From: Octopus sinensis
Lineage: Eukaryota
Assembly (NCBI RefSeq): GCF_006345805.1
Contig: NW_021826016.1
Location: 1-14,002, forward strand
Direction: 5' to 3'
Length of the DNA stretch: 14,002 nucleotides
Part shown: positions 1 to 9,696 of the stretch, piece after piece
Position numbering within the stretch: position 1 is the stretch's first letter
Layout: the number at the start of each line of letters is the position of its first letter
Made by a program: the position numbers and the translations under genes
The notes under the pieces: generated by a model
The model's input: the letters and a program-made list of their open reading frames with translations, nothing else
Databases searched by the model: none
What the model was told of the DNA's origin: nothing

Positions 1-219
1 AGAGAGAGAGTATCAGAGAGTTGCGTTCCTAAGTTTGTCTCTGTACACATATACATATATTCCATATATGGTGTACCTGCATTCGTGTGTATGTACCTCT
101 CTCTCTCTCTTTCTCTCTCTAACTCAATCTCTTTCTCTCTCTCTCTTTCTGTATATATATATATATGATATGATATGATATCCCATAGTGAGTTACTTTC
201 ATAACCCCTATCTTACTTT

Positions 220-266
<47 letters not shown>

Positions 267-365
267 ATGTATATTTAAATATGTATGTATGGTTGGATTC
301 ACACATTTTATGAAAGATATTTATATATTTATGCATATATGTACAAATGTGTGTGTGTGTGTGTA
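1..365. repeat. Cluster of simple repeats: (AG)n, (CT)n, (TA)n, (GT)n
   Basis: Seen directly: AG 1-10, CT ~96-150, TA ~224-258, GT ~348-364. Confidence 0.95.
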
Positions 366-912
366 TTCATATTTATGTATGAATAAACGTATGTATATAC
401 ATTCACAGCGCACCTGACTATGTATATGATTACCCACGTATTTTAACTGCATCTCAGTATCAACGCTTTAATCCGTTTCACGGTGGTAAATTATTAGTAT
501 TAGGTGAATATTTAAATGAATGAAACACGCCTAGAATATTAACTATATTCAGATGTCAGTTGTATTTTTTTTTCCACAAGTTCCCACGCTCTTAGTTCAG
601 TGAACTGAATCAAAAGAGTCAACTTATGAAATCTCTTCAAACAACACAATCAAAAGAAAACACGTCACAGACATTTTATTTCAGCAAAAGCAAGGTGAAC
701 GGAGAAAGGTGAGAGTGAAGAGAAATAAGAGTAGAGCAGAGCAGAAACAGAGTATAGGAGACGAGGCGGAGGGGGGAGGCGGAGGAGGAGGAGGAGTATG
801 GAGGAAGGGGGAGCAGAGGAGACGGGTGGACGAATTAAGGGGGGAAAAGAAATACAAAAGTGATAAAATTTGAAAGAATAAAACAACTTGGAATAAAGAT
901 TAAATCCAATTT

Positions 913-930
913 CATGCATGCATACATACA

Positions 931-1017
<87 letters not shown>

Positions 1018-1022
1018 GTATA
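913..1022. repeat. Compound microsatellite (CATA)n-(TA)n-(TATG)n
   Basis: Seen directly. It accounts for the YVCM/YI runs in ORFs 665..955, 835..1062 and 860..1096. Confidence 0.97.
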
Positions 1023-1214
1023 GTGAGAATTTACAAAAAACAAAAGACGGGTGTGTAAACAAAAACAGATGTATTAGATTAACGCTCGGGAAGTGAGAAA
1101 GTTTTTTTACGTTTCGAACCTACGCTCTTCCAAAAAAGGAACACAGAAGTAAACAGGGAGAGAAAATGGAAATTGAAAAAGGTATAGTGGCTAGCGATCT
1201 GTCATTGCGAAAGA

Positions 1215-1342
1215 TAGATTATATATATGAAGAGAGAGAGAGAGACGGAGAGAAGGAGAGAGAGCAAATAGATAGATCGATAGGTAGATGAGAGTGGATA
1301 GGTATATATATGTATATATATATGTATATGTATGTGTGTGTG

Positions 1343-1390
<48 letters not shown>

Positions 1391-1477
1391 TTATATATAT
1401 ATGATATATATACATATCTATATATACAGACAGACAGACAGACGGACGGACGCCGGGCAGATGGATAGATAGATAAC
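1215..1477. repeat. Compound microsatellite (GA, GATA, TA, GT, GACA, GACG)
   Basis: Seen directly. It explains ORF 1191..1574. Confidence 0.95.
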
Positions 1478-1995
1478 TTTCTTTATGAGCCACACAAGGC
1501 TCGACACAGAGGAGAGACATACAACACGTAGAGTTTTTCTTTTCGAAAGGAAGAAAAAAGGTGGAGAAGAGCAACGATCAAAAGGAATCGAAAAGTCGAA
1601 ATAGTGGAAAAACAGAAGTTTATCCGTGGAAAGAAAAACCTACGAAATGACAACGGTAACCTCGGACAATGGAATATGTAAGTTCATTAGAGTAAAGTAC
1701 TCTCTCTTTGGTTCATCCTTCTCACGTGCCATTCTTGCAACAGTCATCCATTTTTTCGTGAAACATTCATTGGATAAAACTTCCCTCTCTACTCACACCT
1801 TCCTTCAAGAGATACTTGAAAAAGTTGATGCGTGATTGATCAAGGAGGAAAGTGTTTGTTTCTAGGCCTTTCAAACCCGTCCACCATACATATTCTTTCG
1901 CCATAACCACTAGTACAATGAAAACAGCTATTTCTTCCTGTTTGAAGGAAGGAGGCAGGGTAATATTAACGATAGACTCAAAATTCCTAGAAACA
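1478..1995 (-). mobile_element. 5'-truncated L1/Tx1-like non-LTR retrotransposon 3' end (ORF2 C-terminus plus 3' UTR), copy 1
   Basis: The minus strand encodes ESIVNITLPPSFKQEEIAVFIVLVVMAKEYVWWTGLKGLETNTFLLDQSRINFFKYLLK, with frameshifts and stops. It aligns along its length with the copy at 6685-7205 and ends in ...GTGGCTCATAAAGAAA. The clade assignment comes from recalled similarity to ORF2 C-terminal domains. Confidence 0.75.
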
Positions 1996-2259
1996 AAACG
2001 CAAATTGTAACATTTTTTATTAATTATGAATTTCTAATATTTTAACTGTCCTCAGAATTAAATAGTGCCCCGTACTTCATACATAATTATCTCTTAATGA
2101 TTCAGACGGACAGAAGTTGCAATAACTTTCCCGAGACTTCAGATTAGATGCGAAGAGATGTAGGAACACTCAAAAGACATTATCTGTCCGAGCCTGAATA
2201 ATTCTGCTTGCTTTTGTATTTAATGCTCATTTATTTTAAATTATAACTAAGAAAAGTAG

Positions 2260-2262
<3 letters not shown>

Positions 2263-2330
<68 letters not shown>
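2263..2330. repeat. (TA)n microsatellite
   Basis: Pure TA run. Confidence 0.98.
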
Positions 2331-2334
<4 letters not shown>

Positions 2335-2830
2335 CAGTGTGCATTTAAACACATAAGAGATGACCATAATAGGACATCTGATTCACTAGAAAGAGCATTA
2401 AACTCCAAACCACTAATAGTTGTAATTCTGTTGCTACCCTAAGATTTATTAATTAACGATAAAAATTTTTTTTTGCTAATTTTGAAAGAAAATCGGCAAT
2501 TATATTTACTGCTGAAAAAACCGCACGTGCGTGGTGGATTTTGAAAAGTTATAGCATATAGATTCGAGGCAAGGTCCTTATCGCCTCGTGCCTATATGTT
2601 AGCCTTGGCTTCCTGCTGAAGATGGCAACGCCAATTGTAAATTAAAATCATTTTATCTTATTTACAAAAGATTGCCGAAACTATGCATAGTCCAGGAAAG
2701 ATAGGGTAAACGTTTTTATTTCTCTTTCCCTTTCAGAATTACAACTATTAGTGGTTTGGAGTTTAACTGCTCTTTCTAGTGAGTCAGATGTCCTATTATG
2801 GTCATCTCCTATGAGTTTAAATGCACACTG
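2335..2830. mobile_element. Tc1/mariner-type MITE or foldback element with ~96-bp TIRs and TA TSD
   Basis: 2335-2430 is the near-perfect reverse complement of 2734-2830. The ends are TA|CAGTGTGCATTTAAAC ... GTTTAAATGCACACTG|TA. No coding capacity. Confidence 0.8.
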
Positions 2831-3108
2831 TATTTTTCTATGAATAATATATAGTCTATTGACTAATCTTTCCTTCTCGCTAGACCACTGGTTGCAAAGA
2901 ATTTTTCTAAAATTTTGTTTGCTACCCTAAGATTTATTAATATATATATATATATATATCAGTTTCGAATTAATTTTGTAGAGGAAGACAAATAGGAGGT
3001 TGTAATGTTCATTCTTTTCTGGATGACATCAGTGGATTAAATAAACTGGTGCCTTCAGCTGGAGATTGAAACTAAAACATCATTCTCGGTTTGTGGGCGA
3101 AGGCAAAG

Positions 3109-3198
3109 AATACGCACACCCGGTGTTTAGGGCTAGGATTAAGGTTTAGGGTTACGGTTACGGTTAGGGTAACACCGAAAACAGGTGGTGTGCGTATT
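3109..3198. repeat. Nested inverted repeat enclosing degenerate TTAGGG-like units
   Basis: AATACGCACACC (3109-3120) pairs with GGTGTGCGTATT (3187-3198), and CGGTGTT (3121-3127) with AACACCG (3171-3177). The loop holds TTAGGG, CTAGGA, TTAAGG, TTAGGG, TTACGG, TTACGG, TTAGGG. Confidence 0.85.
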
Positions 3199-4849
3199 GT
3201 TAACCTCCACCAGTTTGTGAACTGAATTCATATTCAAAAATAAATGCAGAATAATTCAACATCATTTGAAAATACTTACATTCCAATGGCACCATACTTG
3301 GTCCTTTTCAAATTTAAATTTGAGATTCTCTGTAAGCAGAAACTTATGACAGTCAAAAACAACCTACCATGATACTGAGTAAATTATTGCAGGGGGTAAA
3401 TAATAATTTCACGTTTAAAGCTTGAAACCTATGAAAAAGATATTTTCAACAACGTCGTATGTTAACTACCTCAAATCATAATAATGAAATACGTAACCTT
3501 CAAGGTTTATCGCTAAAATATTTCCTTTTCCCCTTATTTCATCATTCAAATCCATCAGCTCCCATATTTCTATTCATTCTGCTTATTAGATGGTGAAATT
3601 AGTTATATATATTAACCCTTCTATTAAGTTTAACTATTTCTAGCTTAACATTTAAGTGGCTGACTGTTTCGGAATATTTTTGAACCATTTTGCGTAATGT
3701 TCAGGAAGACAAATGGATAACCTTTTGTGACAAACTCGGAATATCTAATTGGGGATACGGTACATTTCAAGGATGTCCACAGGGCTAACACTAAAGCCAT
3801 TTCTGTTTACAAGGTTGAGCCCCAGCTATGCTAGAAGACACTCACTGAAAATGTCGTAACGTGGTATTGAAATGAAAAAAATTGAACAGCAAACTTAAAA
3901 CACACAGCTATGCATTAACGTGGTCTAGATATTTGTGTGTGCCGAATAATTCGATTGAATTTATGAATTCGGTTGAATATATAAATATATCTGTTAATTA
4001 CTTAGCAACCGGAAAGGTAACTTTTCAACTATTTCAGTTCCCTGAAGAATCATTGTAAATGTTCTTTTCTGTGCTTTTGTATGATTTTTGTTTAACCCTA
4101 GGAGACAACGAAAGCTTCTTCCAAAGGTGTTCCAGTTATCCTATCCATTTTTTGTCTAAATTTAGACTTCGCGTGATATACGTTTTGTTAATCGATAAGA
4201 TAAGATACGAAGGAATTCTGCTGTTATTTCTAACAGGCGACAGACTACGATAATACTCCCTCTTAGGCTCGATTTCCACTTTTGTGGCCATGTACCAACG
4301 CATATTTGATCTAGAAAATAAGATACTGAGCAATAATCACATCGTATAAAACCGTTAATACCTATATACAAATTGAAACATTGTTCTTATAACAAAAATT
4401 AGAAATTACTAAATATTTCAAATTATAACTTACTTTCTCAGTTGTTCAATAGAATAAAAGTCCCAATTCCATAACAAGACATTTTCTAGTAGCTTCATGT
4501 AATGACATGGACTTAATTCCACAGAATAAATTGCGAACAATGCTTACGTTCAAATAACGGATAAATTTACAACACAATTTACTTTGCTATAAAATATTAA
4601 AATCGCATTCTATTTTAATTAGTGTTGCATATTGGAAATAAATAAATGATATTAATTAATATAACTTTTTGGTATTTCTTTGAAATACTAATAAAACATC
4701 GAGACATTTTTTCCCATTTAATTTATGAAACCAGATTTTGTCCCCGTATGTGAATCAGTCGCATGTCTAATGCATAAAAAGCAAGGACTGGGCAAACTCT
4801 GCATTAGTCAATTCCTTTAAAAATTATTTTTGGTATAAGGTTAGCGAAT

Positions 4850-5010
4850 GTGAAGGGAGGATTACGTCGATTGCATCGAACTCGGTAACCTAATTGCTAC
4901 CTATTCTATCACCTTGAATTTATGAGTGGCAAAGTCAACTGCATAAAGACGAACAAAAATGCCGCAAAGCACTTTGTCCGGTGTGATAACAGTCCTGCCA
5001 GAAAGATTCC
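4850..5010 (-). mobile_element. Old, diverged tRNA-derived SINE remnant
   Basis: The reverse complement matches the SINE at 9279-9512 (TGGCAGGA..TCACACCGGACAAAGTGCTT..GTTGACTTTGCC..TCGATGCAATCGAC), with indels. Confidence 0.7.
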
Positions 5011-5062
5011 TTAAACAATTTTTATTACTAGAGTGTACAAGGCCTAAAATTATTGCGAAGAG

Positions 5063-5160
5063 GGTTTATTTTATCGACTCCTAAAAGATGAAAGGCAAAG
5101 TGGCAGAATTTGAACGCGGGACGACGCTAAGCTTTGTCTGGCTAACGATTCTACTAGTCG
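5063..5160 (-). mobile_element. SINE fragment
   Basis: TTTATCGACTCCTAAAAGATGAAAGGCAAAGT..GAATTTGAAC is the reverse complement of the SINE core and B-box region. Confidence 0.7.
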
Positions 5161-5370
5161 TGGCCTTTTCACTAATACTAGCAACGGCAATGCTAACTAC
5201 AACCATGCATTTTCGTCTCAGAGAAAGTTACGAAATATATATCGAAGTTTTTCGAGATATCCGGTGATCTGTTTTTTAAAATCCTTTTAACATTAACCTA
5301 TGTACCTTATATTTCAAATGTTTAATAACCAGAAAACTTTAAAAAAATAACCAATTCTAGTTACATACAA

Positions 5371-5783
5371 GAGATATTTTCGGTTTGAACGGCAGTTTTT
5401 AACATAATTTCTAGGTAACTAAAAAATTTTAAACTTCGTATACTGGTAGAATGCATTTATAAAACATCTTTTTCTCTTGGCTTTATTGAGAAAATTCTAT
5501 AGTTTGTAAGATATTTGTTGTTTCTTTTCTTCAATTTCTGCAATTTCAACCAATCACTGACGTCTATTGAGGTAAAAAACATTCTGTGCCGTATGAATAT
5601 GTCCCTCGATTAAGAAACAGATTGGTTTTATTTACATTTGTGAAGAAAAAAAGATACTCTTCCCCCCACCCCTAACCCTAAAACAGATTGAAATGCAATA
5701 GATCGATACTAGGGTCATAATTATGGGTGACAATTTCATATGACACCGCTAGAAAAAACTGCCGGTCAAACCGAACAGATCCC
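5371..5783. mobile_element. Non-autonomous DNA transposon (MITE), ~30-bp TIRs with a flanking direct repeat
   Basis: TTCGGTTTGAACGGCAGTTTTT (5379-5400) versus AAAAACTGCCGGTCAAACCGAA (5754-5775), 1 mismatch, extendable outward with mismatches. CATACAAG occurs at 5364-5371 and 5783-5790, so the TSD is 8 bp, or 6 bp ATACAA depending on the boundary. Confidence 0.8.
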
Positions 5784-5893
5784 ATACAAGGAAAATTGTT
5801 GAAAATTAAGAGCGAAAATAGGTTGTTAACAAATAAACAGTTTCATCGTCGAGTCGAACGTTGAAGTTTTTTAAGGACGTTATTAATAATATA

Positions 5894-5925
5894 CAGTACC
5901 GTGCAAAAGTCTTCGACCACTTTAA
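5894..5925 (+). mobile_element. Possible solitary Tc1-like terminus
   Basis: TA|CAGTACCGTGCAAAAGT resembles Tc1-family TIR starts. I found no partner TIR in the window. Confidence 0.35.
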
Positions 5926-6048
5926 ACTATTGTAAATTTCTATTAATTGTCAACTTCTGGCTGAATGTTTCGCATTGCGTTTTTTACAGATGAGACATTG
6001 GCCCTGTTTAAGTTATTTCCATACATAACCAGAACCAGAACGTAAAGA

Positions 6049-6264
6049 CAGGGGCTAAACACAGAGACGACAAACAAGGACAGACAAACGGATTAAGTCG
6101 ATTATATCGACTCCAGTGCGTAACTGGTACTTATATAATCGACCCTGAAAGGATGAAAGGCAAAGTCGACTTCGGCGGTGTTTGAACTCAGAACGTAACA
6201 GCAGACGAAATACCGCTAAGCATTTTGTCCGGCGTGATAAACGATTCGCCCAGTTCGTCGCCTT
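6049..6264 (-). mobile_element. tRNA-derived SINE, near full length
   Basis: Reverse complement of the 9279-9512 monomer, with A-box-like and B-box-like (GTTCAAACAC) motifs, the core, and most of the tail. Confidence 0.9.
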
Positions 6265-6684
6265 ACACGTCAACTTAATAAGAATAGTTTGAGGTGTGAC
6301 TTTAAACTGAATAATCTTGAGTATGAGTTTAAACTGCGTCCGATACTTGGGTTCTAGTTTGGAATTTCTAGGATTTTGAGGAGTGTGGAACCACTTCGTA
6401 ACCATTCTTGTTCCCAGGTCTCCTCTGTGCACCGGTCAGAGTCCCGGCTATGGGTTAACAAGCATATGCTTCATGGGCAGGAGTGGCTATTTAGTCTTGA
6501 GTTACAACACTCCTGGGAGACGGAAACTCCAAAATCTAACCAGGATTACAAAAGTCCTTTATCGTTCGGGGGAGGGGAGGATCTCGTTAAGGATGTTGTT
6601 ATGAAGAAAACACTGGTAGGTGAAACCATAAAACACATCCGTCAAACTGGAAAGAAAGATGCGAAATACAGATATAGTAAATAT

Positions 6685-7205
6685 GTTTCTTTATTAGCCA
6701 CACAGGGCTGCACACAGACGGGGCAGATTACAAAGTTGAGCTTTTCTTTTTTGGGGAGAGGAGAAAAAAAGGGTGGGGTAGGTTTTCGATCAAAAGGGAT
6801 CGTAAAAGGGAAAGAAGGAAAAAAACGACCAATAGGGATCGTGTATTACAGTGTCATGATGTAAAGTGTAAAGGGGGAAGCAGATAAGGTTTATACGTGG
6901 GAAGAAAAGCCAATGGAAAAGACCACGGTAACCTCGGTCAATAATGTTACATGTTACCACATTTGTTTGCAAGTGGGTAACCCTCTGTTTTCAATTTCTG
7001 GGTTCATAGGATTATGCTCAAGGTGGCTTCGTCATTCATACGTGCCATCCTTGCTACATTCACCCATCTTTTTTTTAAACATTCACTAGATAAAACTTGC
7101 TTCTCTACTCTCACTTTTCTTTTCAAGTGATACTTGAAGAAGTTGATGAGAGATTGACCAGAGAGGAAAGTGTTTGTCTCCAATCCTTTCAGACGTATCC
7201 ACCGA
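6685..7205 (-). mobile_element. 5'-truncated L1/Tx1-like LINE 3' end, copy 2
   Basis: The minus strand encodes WIRLKGLETNTFLSGQSLINFFKYHLKRKVRVEKQVLSSECLKKRWVNVARMARMNDEATLSIIL* (stop at 7004). The 3' UTR ends CAGCCCTGTGTGGCTAATAAAGAAAC, containing AATAAA. Homologous to copy 1. Confidence 0.8.
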
Positions 7206-7468
7206 CGTGAATGATACTGGAACTGACAGTGGTGAAGTTGACACATCCGGTAAGGTGCCGCTGTGTAGCAGAGTGGTCTCAGTCGTCAACCAGCAACTGC
7301 TAGCCAAAGAGCAAGACTGAGTTAAAGCAAACAGGTAAATAAGTAACACTTGTTGAAAATACAAGACCTACCTGAAGGATACAGACGAAAGTTTGCTGAG
7401 ACAATGGAAAGAAAGGAAAATATTTGAAACAACTAAACAGAGAATAATGCGATCAAGTTAGAGCGATT

Positions 7469-7717
7469 AGAAAGAAAGAAAGAAAGACAGAAAGAAAGAC
7501 AGAAAGAAAGACAGAAAGAAAGACAGAAAGAAAGAAAGAAAGACAGAAAGAAAGAAAGACAGAAAGAGAGAAAGAAAGAAAGAAAGAAAGAAAGAGAAAA
7601 GAAAGAAAGGAAGGAAGGAAGGAGGAGAAAGAAAGAAAGAAAGAAAGAAGGAATGAAAGGAAGGAAGGAAGGAAGGAAGAAAGAAAGAAAGACAGAAGGA
7701 AAGACAGAAGGAAAGGC

Positions 7718-7760
<43 letters not shown>

Positions 7761-7830
7761 AAAAGAAGAAAGACAGACAGAAAGAAAGAAAGAAAGACAG
7801 AAAGAGAGAAAGAAAGAAAGAAAGAAGGAA

Positions 7831-7864
<34 letters not shown>

Positions 7865-8699
7865 CAGAAGGAAGGAAGAAAGAGAGAAAGACAGAAAGAA
7901 AGAAAGAAAGAAAGGAAGGAAGACATAAAGAAAGAAGAGACATAAAGAAAAAAGAAAGAAAGAAGAAAAAGAAGAAGGAGGAAGAAGAAGGAATTAAGAA
8001 AGAAAGAAATAAAGAAAGAAAGAAGGAATGAAAGGAATGTAAGGAAGGAATAAGAAGAAAGAAAGAAGAACATAATGGAAAGACAGAAGGAAAGGCAGAA
8101 ATAAAAAAAGAAAGAAAGAAAAATAAATAATAAAGAAAGAAGAATAAATAAAGACAGAAATAAGATACAGAAAGACAGACAGAAAGAAACAACAAGACAT
8201 AAAGAATAATAAAGAAAGAAGAAAATAAAGACAGAAAATAAAGACAGTAAAGAAAGAAAGACATAAAGATATAACTAATAAAAAATTACATAAAGAAGAT
8301 AAATAAGAAATAAAAATACATACATAATTAAGGAATAAGAAGATAAAGAAATAAACAAGAAAGAATAAATTAATAATAAAGAAATAAGAAAGACATAAAG
8401 AAATAAGAAATAAAGAAGATAAATAAAAATAGAAAAGACAAGAAAGAAATAGGAATAATTAATAAACGAAAATAAATAACTAATATAATAAATAAATAAG
8501 AATTAATTAAATTAATTAATAAGGAATTAATGAAGAAAGAAAAATAACTCAGAATGAAATACAGAAGGAAATTCAGATAAGAAAGAAAGAAAGAAAGAAA
8601 GAAAAACAGAAAGAAATACAGAAAAAAACAAAATACATAAAGAAAGAAAGAAAGAACGAAAGAAATAAAGAAGACAGAAAGAAAGAAAGACAGAAAGAT

Positions 8700-8777
<78 letters not shown>

Positions 8778-8831
8778 GAAGAAAGGAAGAAAGAAAGAAA
8801 GGAAGAAAGGAAGAAAGAAAGAAAGAAAGAA
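7469..8831. repeat. ~1.36-kb (GAAA)n/(GACA)/(GGAA) polypurine tract with a degenerate T-enriched centre
   Basis: Seen directly. It explains ORFs 7453..8073, 7467..8264, 7653..7928, 7994..8200 and 8370..8885. Confidence 0.97.
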
Positions 8832-9278
8832 TGACCGAACGGATCCAGAGAATGAGCTAATTAGAAGAAGGGTTCTTAATGTCAAGAGTGGAAGATTCGA
8901 AGATGTGCAACATAAGATACTGCTTAAGATACTGCACTCCTTAAGTTGAACGTGCTTAGATAAGAAAACCTACACGGGAGCAAAAACACCGTGCGGCAGG
9001 AAAATAATAAGACTTATAAGGGAAGACAACGACTATATCTGTAATCAATGGAAGGTTGATAATTCTAACCTAAAGCAGGAGATATTGAAAGTGAATGAAG
9101 TCCTGAAGTATATCCATAAAACCAACCTTACTGAGATCAATGATTTGCTTAAGGTGGCAAGTATTATAGAGGCAGACAATAAGGGTGGATAGCCACAAAC
9201 AAATCGATACAGAAATGAAAACTTAAAGACGACCGACGAAACAATTTATCACAGAAACATTCATTATATTGGAAGAAC

Positions 9279-9696
9279 GAGGGCGGTGAGCTGGCAGAAA
9301 CGGTAGCACGCCGGGCGAAATGCGTAGCCGTATTTCGTCTGCCGCTACGTTCTGAGTTCAAATTCCGCCGAGGTCGACTTTGCCTTCCATCCTTTCGGGG
9401 TCGATAAATTAAGTACCAGTTACGCACTGGGGTCGATGTAATCGACTTAATCCGTTTGTCTGTCCTTGTTTGTCCCCTCTATGTTTAGCCCCTTGTGGGT
9501 AGTAAAGAAATAGGTATTTCGTCTGCCGCTACGTTCTGAGTTCAAATTCCGCCGAGGTCGACTTTGCCTTTCATCCTTTCGGGATCGATAAATTAAGTAC
9601 CAGTTACGCACTGGGGTCGATATAACCGACTTAATCCGTTTGTCTGTCCTTGTTTGTCTCCTCTGTGTTTAGCCCCTTGTGGGTAATAAAGAAATA
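9279..9696 (+). mobile_element. Dimeric tRNA-derived SINE (full monomer plus 5'-truncated monomer) with a 14-bp TSD
   Basis: A box TGGCAGAAACGG at 9292-9303 and B box GTTCAAATTC at 9356-9365. The core GTCGACTTTGCCTT(C/T)CATCCTTTCGGGGTCGATAAATTAAGTACCAG resembles the MetaSINE-type core (from recall). 9330-9512 is repeated at 9514-9696. TATATTGGAAGAAC flanks both ends (9265-9278, 9697-9710). Confidence 0.93.

Noticed and set aside
665-1574. ORFs 665..955, 835..1062, 860..1096 and 1191..1574
   Set aside because: They are translations of microsatellites and purine-rich low-complexity sequence, with no domain signal.
2715-2845. Polypyrimidine tract plus CAG at 2734-2736 as an exon acceptor
   Set aside because: It lies within the MITE TIR, there is no convincing donor or gene context, and there is no expression evidence.
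4059-4371. Short overlapping ORFs 4059..4253, 4136..4333 and 4162..4371
   Set aside because: No homology or codon signal, and no convincing splice sites.
6055-6972. ORFs 6055..6432, 6376..6864, 6383..6604 and 6790..6972
   Set aside because: They run across SINE and LINE-UTR sequence, and the products resemble no protein family I recognise.
7453-8885. Long F/L/S-rich or K/E/R-rich ORFs
   Set aside because: They are artefacts of (GAAA)n/(TTTC)n, which lacks stop codons.
9279-9370. Functional tRNA gene
   Set aside because: A and B boxes are present, but the spacing is extended and the sequence continues into the SINE core and tail, so this is a SINE head.
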